From Octopus bimaculoides (lineage: Eukaryota): a stretch of DNA of 64,000 nucleotides. The stretch's first letter is position 1; each line of letters begins with the position of its first letter. A program made the position numbers and the translations under genes. The notes beneath the pieces were generated by a model. The model did no database searches. It was given only the letters and a program-made list of their open reading frames with translations, and was not told the DNA's origin. Shown piece after piece: positions 11,058 through 24,500 of the stretch. Location: the NCBI RefSeq assembly GCF_001194135.2, contig NC_068981.1, positions 38,359,615 to 38,423,614 on the forward strand, read 5' to 3'.

Positions 11058-12013
11058 AACAACAAGCAAGATGAGGACAAATATTTGTCAAATGTAAATA
11101 ATGTACATAAGTCGTCATCTCTTAAATATAGAACTGTATTATCAATTAATTGTTCTTAATTTTGTAATAGCTATTTTACAGTAAAACTATTAGTTTATAT
11201 GTAGAAATGTCTATTAATTCGTAAAAATATACATGTGCCTTTAATTAAATATCTAGTATTTGTAATAATGATGAAAGGTTGATATTTATATTTGTCATTC
11301 AATTATATATATTGTTTGCTTTTTTTGTTTTGTTACTAGCAAGGGTAAAGGCATAATAATGTTTTTAAGAAAGTTGCTTTTCAGTTACAAGTCCCATAGG
11401 TTCTAGGCTCATTTTACTGGCTGGCAACAACTTAGCCAGAAACAACAGAATATTCCCTCAAAGGATTCTTGCACCTGTACAACAACTCATTCAGTCATGA
11501 CATAATCTTTTAAAGTATATTTGGAAATTAAAATATAAAGGAGAAGCTACCAGTATTTCTTGGCAGATGTTATTCAAAATATAGACATTTATGAATTCAG
11601 CAAGGGACTCTACATCATTTGCTGCCCTATGTTCAATATTTTGATTTGGCAACGATTTTCAACTTGACAAAATGTTCCCAAATTCTTCCTTGGGTAACTA
11701 TATACTTATAAGACCACATAAATGCTTTCTCCATTTGTAGACATTAAACATAAACACAGAATGTCACCAATGAATAGAATATACATGAAAGTGATCAGAA
11801 GCATTCCACTGCAACCCAGGAAAGTCTGCTTCTAAAACACCCATCAAAAGGACTGAAATAGGGATAAAACATTGATGATAAAAAACTAGATTCCTCCAGA
11901 GCAGATAACAAAACCACATAATAGGAAATTAGTTCAAAATTCAAAACCTCTCAATATTTTCGTTGCCAAAATTAGAGCATGTTGTATTGTACCTTCTCCA
12001 TCAAAAAACACAC

Positions 12014-12083
<70 letters not shown>
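12014..12083 (+). repeat. (AAT)n microsatellite
   Basis: Direct reading. Confidence 0.95.
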
Positions 12084-12084
<1 letters not shown>

Positions 12085-12189
12085 CAATGACTTCATACAC
12101 AAGTTATACTCAGATTTATTTTTCAAATTTTATTCAAATTTGCAGACAAAACAATGAATTTGTGTGATGTAATTAATGATACTTACAAT

Positions 12190-14040
12190 AACTTCCTGTA
12201 GAATAACAATAAAATCTGACAAATCAAGGAGAAGCAACACATAGAGTGAAATCACTCCAGAAGTGCAACAATCACCCACAAAACATAACCTTCAAGACAC
12301 ATACCATGCCCCTAAATAGATCTCTGCTTATTGAAGAACCACAAACATATATGTCTCTAATCTTATCCAAATTTAATCTCATTACTACTGCCAGATGTGA
12401 CTTTAGTAGTGTTAGTAAAATGATAAAATAATATGTTCGACTTTTATTTTCTAAATTCTCTAAATAAATACATACTAAATCAATCTACTAAATTTATTAA
12501 TGAGAAATCATTAAGTAATAATTATATTAATAGTATAGATTCTTTAGATAATTAAACATCCTTACAAATATAATATAAATAAATGATAGATACAAATCTA
12601 ACACAAATCTAATAATATTCGTATAAATTTCAAACTACACAAGTCAACTTAATATATTTACTGTACAATGTCTATACTCAATACAAATTTAATTTGTAAT
12701 CACTTGATAACCTTTTATTTTTCTGATATTTTTATTTATATTTAATTAGAGTAAATGTTGACTCAAGGAAGTAGACCAGTTTGAATCAGTAGAATACTAC
12801 CGTGTCAACCACCAAGTTGTTCAAAGACATCAAAAATAAATATAAATATGAATTTATCCTATTCAGTATCTTTGATTTTTATCCACATATCTTCTAGAAG
12901 TTCCTTCTAAAATTTCCCCCATTATGTTAGATTACACATAAATATAAACACAAAATGACCCATAAATTATTATGCATACCAGGATATCCCTCCTAATTAA
13001 CAATGATATAAGCAGGTTTAAGGATAGAAGGTATGGTTCTAATGTCATTGCAGAGAGTATTTATGAATTTGTATAATGTGAAGTAGTGTACTTGTTTCTA
13101 GCAAGTATAATACCTCACAAGATGATAGCATCTTGATTTCAAACAGTGTGAGCAGATGTATAGTAGTCGTTTTCAGAAGAGGAATTACAATATTCAACAA
13201 ACTTGGCCTGAAATTAACAGATGAAGATACCTTTACAAAAGTAAACTTCTTGCATATCATGCATTAACTAAACTGGAAATCATACAAGCTCTTAACCATC
13301 TACCAAACATGATAAAGCATATACCAATGATCAACAACAAGGGAATAATTGTATAATCTTTAAATGAGCCCACCTTCAGTAATGCTGCATAGTATCACAT
13401 TGAGGTACTATCACAAAGCCAATAATAATAAGGAATTAACCACTTGCCATCATCACTTTGCACCAACCCTAAAATTTACTGGGAAGGTAACTTTTTACCT
13501 ACCATACAATGTTGATGAAAAAGTTAGTGTTGCAAAATATTTCACCTCTCAAACCTAATACCATTTCTTGAAAGCCATACATATGCAATAAATACAACAT
13601 TAAGGTAAACCTACAGCTGAAGGAAAAATATGTGTTATTAAGGCCCAACACACAAATAATGCAAGCAGAGACAATGTAAAATTTCTATAATAAAAAGTTC
13701 AGCTCCCTGAAGTGCAAATGCCTAGAGAAATGCATTGCATACTCTACTAATGTTTCCCTTCACCCAGTAAGACATCAACAAGTTTCATTGGGCTTACTGA
13801 GCATTCTTTCAAATGTTGCCTACAACAGCACATTAGCATATTCTGTCATTACTACTTCAAAAACAACAGAACATTTAAGACACATTTGAAAATGAAGACA
13901 AAAGGAAGAGACTACAAGCATCATGTAGACAGAGTTACATAAGGGAAAGCAACTTATGTCTTACAGAGAAACGCCACATTAATTACCATGCTACCTCAAT
14001 CATTAACAAAAAAAAGCGAACCGATTTCTATGCCTCAGTA
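12190..14040 (+). mobile_element. Heavily decayed Penelope-like element (RT + GIY-YIG endonuclease)
   Basis: Collinear remnants read across frameshifts: IKSDKS; LLKNHK; LITTARCDFSSVSKMI; NKYEFILFSIFDFYP; IIMHTRISLLINN; QDDSIL; IFNKLGLKLT...KVNFL; KVTFYLPYN; NKYNIKV; CLEKCIAYS..FIGLTEHSFK; NLCLTEK; NKKSE. Confidence 0.7.
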
Positions 14041-15399
14041 CATGGTTTAATTTTTCATCTCTTTTAAAATAACACTCCCACGCTGCATGTCAGATGATAG
14101 CTGATGATTTATATTGATTACAATTCTCCCATTTCCTACCTGCAGATGTATACGGTCAACCAAGTGGTCGTTCAAATGTGTAAACCCTATTTTTTCCACA
14201 CATGCACTTGTACACGTATGTGAGTGTGTATAGAAAAGGAAAAACAAACATAGAAGGTTGTTTTAAAATATGTTTAGTTACACCTTCTTAAGTATGCTTC
14301 AGTAGCATAAGGTGATTATAAGTTACACAGTGCAAAACTACAAATTATGTAGTACACATTCGCTGCCATGTCATCAGAGACATTTAATTATAAAACATAA
14401 TACTTTGAGGGAGTATATGTGACAGTGGTGGTAGCAATCAAAGAACGGCCCACGACTGTAATGAATAAGTTATGGAAGGATTCTATATAACAGGTGGGCA
14501 AGGAAGAAATTTTACATATGCCAGACAATAACGAAGTAAATATGAGGAAGAGTATTATCTATACATCTACAAAACAGATGTGACAGTTATCACTTTATGC
14601 CATTGAAACGTATGTAAGATAGTTTAAGCCTTTTAAAGACAAACTCTCATATTTTTTTTTCCTAAATATAATATGTGGAACGTTCAAACTTGGGTTTAAC
14701 AACGAGATATAAAATTGCAATACACGAATGGAAATTCACATGAAGTTCTTGATATTGTAATTTGTCAAGCAATTTGAAGTTTAAATTACACTACGAATAT
14801 ATGTATTTATGAATATCTGCATTTATATAAGTATGCATATCTGTCTCTCCCTATCCCAATAAATATATATGCATACATGTGCCTGAACACGTATATGCAT
14901 AAGAGAGGGAGAGAGACCAGGTTGATAGAGTGTGTGTCAATTTATTTTGTGTACAAAACTATTCAGGAGCTCAATACAATTTCATGTCAGCAGCATGAAT
15001 TTTGATTTACGCAAGATAACTGGAGTATAGCTCTAAACTATTGCTTAACCCATCAGTCACTCAGATATGTCAGAAGGTTTGGAACAGAAGCTTTTTACCT
15101 ACTTAAAATCATTTTCAAATCTACTGAAACTTTACAGGTGACCAGACTGTGCATCAAATGAAACCCATGCAATTCCCGTTTATCTTTTACAAATTATATA
15201 ATGATTATTTTACCTTTGCCAGTGAAACTGATTTCAAATTGTAATGCTTATGAAAACTCAAATGTATCTTCTTTTTTATGATTCCTCATGTGCAAAAAAA
15301 AAAAAAATGGATGGTTACAGTTTGTTTGATAGTTGACATGAAGATCTGATGGAGCTGAAATTCTAGGTGTAAGTGTGATAGCAAATTGTAAACACTCTT

Positions 15400-16020
15400 T
15401 GAGAAACAAATTTAATTCCTTAAAACTAAGACAGTATTAAAGAGATTGTGAGAATTCCCCCACTACATGAATGGTTATCATCTTGATTGACTCAGAAAAG
15501 GTTTTATAGAAACTTGCAAAACATTTAATCTAAAGATTATTGTCAAAACTAATATAACTATTGTAAACATACTAGACTTAACTTTAGGCTTAAAGACAGG
15601 CAAATACCATCATAGAGAAACCCTAATGAAAATTAGATTCCAATAATATACATTTTCCCCACTCTCTCATGTAGTTATAAAGATATCAATCAGTAACCTT
15701 AGTAAACAAATTTCCAATATATCTTCAGATAACAAATTCTTTAACAGTGTTGTAGATTATTACAATGCTCTTATAAGAGAATGGATTCAAAGAAAAATAC
15801 ATCCATCATAACAATATAAAGACAAGATGAATATAAACAGAAAGATTATTCTGTTGACCCTCCACCTTCCCTTCAGTTTAAATGTGACATCTTATATTAT
15901 CGCAAGTTTAAGTATTTTATAAGTAAACACTGCCTCCACAATCTTATAAAAAAATTCTTCAATAAAAATGACTTCGAAGTCAATTATAGTCATACTAAAA
16001 ATTTGTTTAAGGCGAGGCAT
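15400..16020 (+). mobile_element. Second decayed Penelope-like RT/linker fragment
   Basis: TIVNILDLTLGLKTGKY; ISNISSDNKFFNSVVDYYNAL; FNKNDFEVNYSHTKN resemble the PLE VNFLDVTFNL, SRRISDISS and FNRNTVKVSYS motifs. Confidence 0.6.
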
Positions 16021-16409
16021 AACTGCGAAAATAGGTGTTGTTAAGAAGCATCATGTCTGAACAGAGATGCAGACAAGCTGATGTCACAATAAGGTTATCG
16101 ATCGGCACCATTCTAATAGAAAATGCAACTCTGACCAGAGCAAAATTTATACAAGACAACTCGGTTTACTCAGAACTTGGCAACTGAAGAGGCAAGTCCA
16201 TACAATCAAACTGCATCGTAGGGTGCTGGACGAATGGTCCTGTAAAGATGCTTGGGATTTGGGTCAGTGTGGACCTTCAGGTAGATGGAAACTTAAATGC
16301 GATTATGAGCAGAGTAGTCAGCCACCCCAAGAAATAGACAAAGAAAACCAATCCTCAAATTGTCCGGCAGTGATGATGAACATATAATTTGCCCTGTCAT
16401 ATATTCTTT

Positions 16410-16600
16410 TCTTTTCTGCTCTAACCACAAGGCCAGAAATTTTAGGGGAGGAGGTCAGTCAGTTAGACAGGTACTTAATTTATCATCCCTGAAAGGTAAA
16501 GTCGACCTTCATGGAATTTGAACTCAGAACATAAAGACAGACGAAATGCCACTAAGCATTTTGACTGGCATGCTAACGTTTCTGCCAACTTGCCACCTTG
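16410..16600 (-). mobile_element. tRNA-derived SINE, family B
   Basis: Minus strand ggcaagttggcagaaacgttagcatgcc...ttctgagttcaaattcc..aggtcgactttacctttc; homologous copies throughout the window. Confidence 0.75.
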
Positions 16601-17919
16601 CTTCTGTCATATATTATGACCTGACTATCGTACCTTGCCCTGTTTCACGTCTAGTCAGGTTAGAATGCCTGCACTTCCACTTCTTGTGAAAGCAAGCCAT
16701 TTCACTGCTGTCAACATCTGAGCTTATTGTTGCTATTAATGTGCAGGCACATGCTGAGGCAGTGGAATCTACAAAGATTCCTTAACAGTGAGCAGGTGTA
16801 GTCAGCTTTTGTTCAGCATCCTTTTATGCAGGTCTTTCCCTGATAGAGTTTTTCTATTACACACTCAAATTAATACAAAGACTAGGCATCTGTTGTTAGG
16901 CACTCACAGCCCTCTACTAGTTGGGTAATGATGTCAGTGGAACTTCTTTGCTGGTGCTCTATAGAGAACTAGTGGTGGGGAAGAATGACAACTTTCTCAT
17001 GGTGTTGATATAACTCATCCAGCACACCTGTTCTAGAGAACTTTCAGCCCAAGAATTATAGATAACGTCCATAACTCCCTGACTTAGCAGTCCTACTGGT
17101 TGATATTGTCACTTCAAGATAACCCTTCCAAGCACTTAAGTGCTGTCATCCAGATGTCTCTGGTATGTACACAGAGTATCAAAATCATATTGCACAAACT
17201 GTCAGAATCTTAGCATTGCTATCATGTGGAATTTTGTGGAATAATTATTGTTTATCAATCAAGTCCATTTTGAAAAATTGACCTATCACATTCTTTTGGT
17301 TGAGATGTGATGGTGGTGGTAGTGGTTGTGTATCAAAATGTCTATTTATTTTGAATTACTACTTATTCAAATAATGTTTTGTATGTTAAGCAATATGCCT
17401 ACAAATGCACAATGCATGGATACATGTGTGACAAGAGACAGTGGGAAGTGATTGGTCAATTGTTGTAATAAACTGTAGTTATCTCATTATTATGTGTCAT
17501 CACAGCTGTGAGGCACTAGGTCTCTCAATTTGAAGAGGATGAACCTTAACCTGGATCCAGCTGACCCAGAGTTAAAGGAATGAATAGCTCTGCTGATGTG
17601 CTGATCTGAAGTAGGACACCAGCTGTGTTAGTATTAACTCTGTACTTTAGTATGTATTATAAAGATAAGCTAGTTATTTAAGAGAAGCCAGAAAGGTCAC
17701 TTAGAACCTAAGAAAATAAACTTCAATAGAAAAACAATGCGGAAAACAAGGCTGAACTACAACAATGGAAGAGCAAATCAAGATCCACCATAAAAGAATT
17801 GAAAAGTTAGGTAGATCTCAGTGAGATTTTCTATTACACACTCATTTTTGTTTCCATGTGACATCAACATCACCACCACCATCCTCCTTCTCCTCTTCCT
17901 CCCCATAATCATTATCATC

Positions 17920-18260
17920 ATCATCATTGTTTAATATCTGCCTTCCATGCTGGTATAGCTTGGACGGTCTGATAGGCACTAGCCAGGCGAAAGACTACAT
18001 CAAGCTTGTCTCTATTTTGGCATGGTTTTTATGGCTGAAAGCCCTTCCTAACACCAACTACCCAACAGAGTGGACTGAGTGCTTTTTGCATGGCTCCAGC
18101 ACAAGTGAGGTCAGTTTTGGCATGGTTTTTACAGTTGGATGTCCTTCCAAATGTCAACCACTTTACAGTGTAGACTGAATATTTTATATGTAGCACCAGC
18201 ATAGGCAAGGTCACCAAATAACTTGTAAGACAAGGAATCTTTGAGAGGAGAAGGGGAATT
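17920..18260 (-). mobile_element. RTE-type 3' tail
   Basis: (CAT)n followed by tgtttaatatctgccttccatgctgg...gcccttcctaacacc. Confidence 0.7.
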
Positions 18261-20304
18261 GGAGGAGGTGAACTTATATCAGATAATGAAAGGTTATGCA
18301 TATTAGCTGTGTTGTGACATAACTTTTACACAATCTTGCATACTCAACCATTTGTCATTGTGTGTGTGTGTGTGTGAGAGAGAGAGAGTGACTACGAGCT
18401 TAGGGCAAGTTTCAGTATATAGGTTACATGAGGTGTCTGACATCTATTGTTTTAATAAATAACACATAACTTATATAGCAGCAGCTTCATACAGTAGTTC
18501 ACATGTACCAACAGAGAATATTTTTAATGTCTATTTTCATAAGATTGAAGTACAGAAAATGTGGAAGGATCATTTGAGCCAGAACAACTGAAAGACTTTG
18601 TTACAAGTATAGCAGTATTCAATATTCAAAACCTTGTCCATTCAGTAACAAGGAAAGGCCATTGCTTATCAGTCTCCATAGTTGGTAATGATGGTCTTTA
18701 TCAAGTGATCTTGGCTCATATTCCAGCCAATCATTGTTCTGGTGCATTTGTGTAGTGTTAAGATTAATGAAAAATTCCATGCAACTTGGTATTCAGCATA
18801 ACAGTTTTATGTAACATAATCAATCCACAAATAAACATGTTAATAAGTGATAAGTATTATAATTGGTTTTATTTAAGAGCAGCACACAGCCAGACCAAAA
18901 TAATCCAGCTCCCAGCTAATCATTTCTACATGAGATGTGAAGATGAGTAACCATGAGAATATAGTCTATGTATGTTCAGATATTATGCTGCACAGTGAAT
19001 TTTGAATACAGAATACAGCTTGGACAACAGAAACGTGTTAAACTTAGAGAATGAGGGATGTCTCAGAGAGAGCAAGATATATGATTTTTGTGTCATTAAG
19101 AGATGGTTGATGTTATCAAGACTGAATCATATCCAAAGTTGTTGGTCTTAATGATGAGTAATAGAAGTAGTTTTCAATTTTGTTATAAATTGGTGATGTG
19201 GCATTTCCTGTAAAATGTCTTCATTATCTACCAAGAAATAATATTTGAAAGGAATTATTTTTGAACAGAAATAAGAGTTAACTGTTTGTTTTGTTCTTTC
19301 TTTCTTTTTTTTTTTCCTATATGGTCGTCAAGATGAATATGACAGGTAATATTTTGCAGAATAAATAAAGGTGAGATAAGCATAAATAAAAATATAAAAA
19401 GAAAACAGTTAATTATAAAATAAAACACCTAAAACGAAGATAAAAAAATAATGGCTGATAAAGAGAAATTACAAAATTACAGCTAGTGACAACAGGAGAA
19501 AAAATATGAACATAGGTGAGAAGCAAGTGAAATAAAAATAATGTGGAGAAAATTATAAATTGAGAGAAAGAAATTTGAAGATTAAAATTCGAATGATGGA
19601 GGGAAAATAACAGGAGCGATAATGCAAGTTAAAAATTATTCTGTGCTATGTTACTTGAGGCATTGCTTCCAGTCATTAAGATTTTCATGATAAATTACAG
19701 TTGACAGTTTCTTTCTTTTGTTGCTTCTAAATAAACAGATTTTTTTAATATATCCATCCAATTGATGTATTTTATGTATTTTAACCATTTTCAGCTAAAT
19801 GAATTCAGTAAAATTATTCATCTTGTATGTTCTTAACTTATATATTTTGTGTGTGTGTGTGTGTGTTTAAGTGTGAGTATGTGTGCACAATGAGGTTTTT
19901 TGTAAATATCAGCATATTTAAATATTATTTGTTTCTTTAATGGTCAGCTGAAATGAATGTTTTCAAGTGTCCATAGATATGTATTTGAGATGTTTATTTT
20001 TGAATTACTTAAATGTAATATGTTATACTTAAACTTTATAACAAGGTGTGTGCTATGGAAATTCATAATGATTTACATAATGTATTTATTAAGATTAAGA
20101 TGTGAGGATAAGATAGAAGCTTAGATACGTAACATTTCTAGCTATCAAAGCATCACAATCATAGAGTTAAAAGCATGAATAAATTTTGTGTAGTCCAAGC
20201 ATATTTCCTTGTTCATTGTAAGTAACTACATGAAATCTTATAGTTCAGGCTAAGTTTGATAAAAAATAACAATGAATAAAATTTTATAAATATTCTTTTT
20301 CGCC

Positions 20305-20690
20305 TTCTTAGGTCTGTTGGTACCTTTGAGTGGTACATCAGGCAGTCAGTTATCACAAATATCTCCATCTCTGGCCAACCAATATGCTTCTTCGCAGGTG
20401 GTGTTCAGTCTGTGTAAGTTTTCTTTGAAGGCACTACGCTGTGTTTTCCTTGGTCGACCTCTTTTTTTCATACCTTCTAATTGCATCCAGTTATTTTGGC
20501 AAGCCTCTCCTTTGGCAGTCTTAATAAGTGTCCAGCCATTCTCATTCAACATTCAGTTACAATTGCATACAGGGACCTTACTTTTGTTGCTTGGAGCATG
20601 GCTTCATTTGTCACTCTGTCTTGATAAGTGATTCTTAGGATCTTTCTGAGGCACAGCTGATGAAATATATGGAGATTAAATATATTCTGA
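20305..20690 (-). mobile_element. RTE-like LINE C-terminal fragment
   Basis: FHQLCLRKILRITYQDRVTNEAML; MAGHLLRLPKERLAK; KRGRPRKT. Confidence 0.7.
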
Positions 20691-20699
20691 TATATTAAT

Positions 20700-20905
20700 T
20701 TCAAATTCTGGCACAAGGCCAGCAATACAGGGGAAGGGGTTAAGTTGATTACGTCGACACCAGTGCTCAACTCCGGGTGATTTTATTGACCCTGAAAAGA
20801 TGAAAGGCAAAGTTGACCTTGGTTGAATTCCAACTCAGAATGTAAAGACAGACAAAATGAACGCTAAACATTTTGCCCAGTATATTAAGGATTCTGCCAG
20901 ATCAT
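20700..20905 (-). mobile_element. SINE family B
   Basis: gatgaaaggcaaagttgaccttggttgaattccaactcagaatgtaaagacagac. Confidence 0.75.
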
Positions 20906-20929
20906 TGTCCTAAATATATTCTTAATGAA

Positions 20930-21360
20930 AGACAAGCTCAAAGCATAGTTGGACAAGACCCTAAGAGCCAGTCTCTTAAATAGCATCATCCTTTCTGTTC
21001 TTTAATATGCAAGTGAGACATGGGCTACTACAAAGAGGGAAGAACATTGATTGGCTACAAAGCAAAGGGTCAGGTAAAGATTCATGCAATATCATTGCAA
21101 GAGCATATCTGAAATGAGGTAATTGAAGAATGGTGCGGAGTGAATGACATGATCACAGAATATTGAAAGTACAAGTTCTTCTGAGTCAGACATATCACAA
21201 GGTTCACAAACAACAGGTGGACCTGTGCAGTTGCTGAGTGCTAACCAAGAGATCAGTTAAGGTTATTCAGAAGGCCTCCATGATGATTGGAAGATGATTT
21301 AGTAAAAGAAGTTGGGTCAAGATGGAAAAGAAGAGAGCAATCATTAAAGAATTGCATGCT
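20930..21360 (+). mobile_element. Old RTE LINE C-terminal fragment (a second RTE lineage)
   Basis: LDKTLRASLLNSIILSVL*YASETWATTKREE, followed by decayed W..D motifs. Confidence 0.55.
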
Positions 21361-21639
21361 CATTGTGATCAGTAATGTGCAACAATATTTGATAGCTTAG
21401 TCTATATAGGCGATGTTCATATAGTTTATCTTATTATATTGAAAATGTTAGACAGTAGCACATTTATTAAATTAATAAAAAAAATGGAAGGACTTTAATA
21501 GGATTTCATATAAAAAATGAAGCAATTTCATAAGTGTTTAAAACTAGAATTTTGAATGTTTTCTTGCTATCAATATGATTAGTAATGCGAGTTACAAAAC
21601 CTCATATACTAGAGAGGATGCAAGATGCTGGCTGTATAG

Positions 21640-21870
21640 TCATAAACAATAATTTCTTACAGAGGTGCAAGGTTTGATGCCTTGTGGGAAAGTATTGGTT
21701 AATACCATTGACGCAAGTGCTTGACTGGCACTTTATCTTATCCAACCCCAAATGGCTTGAAGTAAAAGCTGACCTCAGAAGGATTTGAACTCAGAATGTA
21801 AAGAGCAAGAAAAGAAAAAAAATTGCATGGCATTTTGTCAGACACACTATCAATGTCGTTGAGGGGAAAA
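21640..21870 (-). mobile_element. SINE family B (diverged)
   Basis: gtaaaagctgacctcagaaggatttgaactcagaatgtaaagag. Confidence 0.65.
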
Positions 21871-24229
21871 TGTGCAGTGAAGTAACTTGTATGGAAAGGA
21901 AGTACAAATCCTTTAAGAACAAAATGTACAAATGTTAACAATATGAATTGAAAGAAACTGAATGCTAATGCATGAACATGGTATGCTGTCAGTAATAAGT
22001 AATTTCTGTAATCTTCATGATACGAGGAGCTAATATACCAACTAAGGTATAGTCAGATGTGCTTAATAAATAGTTATGTTTACATATTACCATGAGGTAA
22101 TGTGCAATGTTTTCTCAACCTACACAGCAATACAAGTTTTTTGTATTTGCAAAGGATCTGTAGTAATTAGTAAAGAACAACTTCCTTACAATACTGATGT
22201 GCAATGTGAGAGGATTTGGTTGATAGTAACTTAAAGAAGTCTGTTATAAACATATATACATATATGTATGTGTGTTTGTGCTATCTTGTCTTGACATTAT
22301 GTGATAGTTGCAAATCAGTGTCAGCATCAAACAAGCAGTGTCATTTCTTTCCAATCTTCCATGAAAAACAAGTAAGGTAACATCTGGTTACTTTGCTTGG
22401 AAACAAATGAAGCTTGGCAACAAGAAGGGCTTTGAACTATAAAAAAAATCTGCCTTAATTCTGTTTGACCTATGCAAGCATGAAAAAAATGGACATTAAA
22501 TGAAGATGATGAAAGGACACAAGTAAATTGCAAAAGTGCCATGAACTAAAAGTTGCTGACCAATGAATGAAAGAACCATGGCTACACTAAAATTACAGAT
22601 AAAGCTACAATATTATGCAGGAATACAATGACAGATAAAGTAAAATGATAAATGTGGGATGAAAAATGTTGCAAATTACTGGTGGAAAGTATTTTCAGCA
22701 GATGTTGTCAAAATGTGTTTCAAAAGAATATTAAATATCAGACCAGAGAAATCCCACCTTCTGAAATGATGTGTAAAATGGATGAAAATGAAGATGAAGT
22801 AAGCTGTAGAAAAATAATGTTATAATAACTAGTCTTTAATCATTTTACCTGTTCCTGATCATTATTTGTGCTTTTTGAAATAGACCATAAAACAATATAG
22901 TTCAGTTATTTTTGTAGAGAATTTTGAGTGGAAAAATACATCTTCAAATCTTAGGTTTCACAATATGTGATGGTGCTATACTTTTACATCGAGTACCTTC
23001 ATTTCAGGTATAAAAACATCTTTAGTATTTTCTAAAGTTATCTCCTAATGAGAATAAATTTTTCAGCAGGTAATAAAATTTTACAGCTTTCAATCAAATG
23101 TGGAATGGAAATATGAATTTCTAATGAAGAGAATTTCACTTTTAATATGTTCAGCATTTTAACTGTATGGTTGGCCGTCATGTGTTATTACAAACTGTTC
23201 TTTCACATTCAGCTTTCTTGTTGATCAAGAAACCTCAACTCATGAAACTAAATTGAATCGTTTCTAAAATGATAAGTTCCAATAGATATAGGCACCAAAT
23301 TTTAGCTACTGTTAGTAGAAATATAACAAATTAAAGCCTAACAAATTAATGTAGCTTTAACTATGCTGCAAACATGTCATCATTCCTCTGTTAATTAGTT
23401 TCACTATCAGATTTATGAGTTTTAAGCCTCAACGATTTATAAATAATTGCCCTTCTCAAATGCAATCCTCTTACTAGTTAATAATGTTGCCAGTACACAA
23501 ACTATTGAGGACAGCACTCTCTTAAATAAACTATTTGGACATTTTTAGTTTTTCTTTACCAATACTTTATCTTGATTTACAACAATTTTATACTCATTTT
23601 CCTTTGGTTAAATTTACTTCATTAATTTAAATTGTAGAACAATATACAACACCCAGATCATCTCTACTGCATTGTTTAGACTCCATATATATCAGTATTC
23701 TCATCCCAGTATTTGACATAGTGTTTACTTGTATGTTGCCAGTCATATCATATTATTAAATGTTGTTAATCAAGAAAAGTTGTTAAAGATACAACTTTGT
23801 AAACTACCAACATATGAATGCATCTGAACTTCAGTGAGCCAAACAGGGAGCCTCAGTGGTATTTTGCAACTTATTAGAAGTGACAACAAATTTTCCATTC
23901 TAGTACACTGTTATTATCTTAAATAAAGATGAATTCATTGGATCATGTAGCTCCTGGTGTAGAAAAAGACTGGATCGTCACTTCTGGAAGGCTTTGGCTA
24001 TGAGTCTGTTCAGTCAGTGTTGATCTGGAGCCTCAGTGTTTCCTATTTCCCCCATAACAGCATGGGTTGAATAGATCTAATGTGAAGCATATTCTACAAT
24101 TCTTAGTTTCTGAATTTTCATCCCAACCACTGCTAGCCCTTGTTAAATATTTTTTACACAGAAACTCCTTAATTTATATCCTATCAAAATCAGTGTTGCC
24201 ATCACTTTAGTAAAGTTGGCCTGATAGAT

Positions 24230-24500
24230 TTAAAAGTCAGCACCTCTCTTAGCTACCTTCATCACAATCTTCAATGCAAATTAGCAATATACATCAAATA
24301 GATCGCACTTGCTTCATTTCTTTGAAGTTGCCATAAATCTTCTGTTTCTGGTATCCATATCTCCCTACCATGCAACTTCAAATCTGATGAGTATTTCATA
24401 CAGCCTTCCCTTTATATAGAAAGTTAAACCCTTCATTGTCAACAAAAGCAACGACTTGAACTTCTTCCACTCACTCCAATATCTATAGTTGACATCTATG
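24230..24500 (-). mobile_element. Decayed RTE fragment
   Basis: KLHGREIWIPETEDLWQLQRNEAS resembles MLHGSETWAVTAEDLRRLERNEAS. Confidence 0.5.

Larger units (their letters stand above)
9512..11140 (+). mobile_element. Composite SINE-like element: tRNA-like head (9512-9575), (AAT)n, and 3' body with hammerhead motif (10866-11140), interrupted by a Dong-like LINE
   Basis: Head caattaagagc-a-tgg-ctactaa-cccca-agact-cagag-ttcaatt-tccg has D-arm, anticodon-loop and T-loop-like parts. (AAT)n lies at both ends of the LINE. The downstream body contains CTGATGA...GAAA. Confidence 0.6.

Noticed and set aside
14146-14215. Exon-like segment with splice signals on both strands
   Set aside because: Ambiguous strand, no homology, and no phase-linked neighbours.
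14095-14385. Possible hammerheads at the end of the Penelope-like relic (ctgatga at ~14102; tcatcagagac at ~14371)
   Set aside because: No GAAA in register and no convincing stems.
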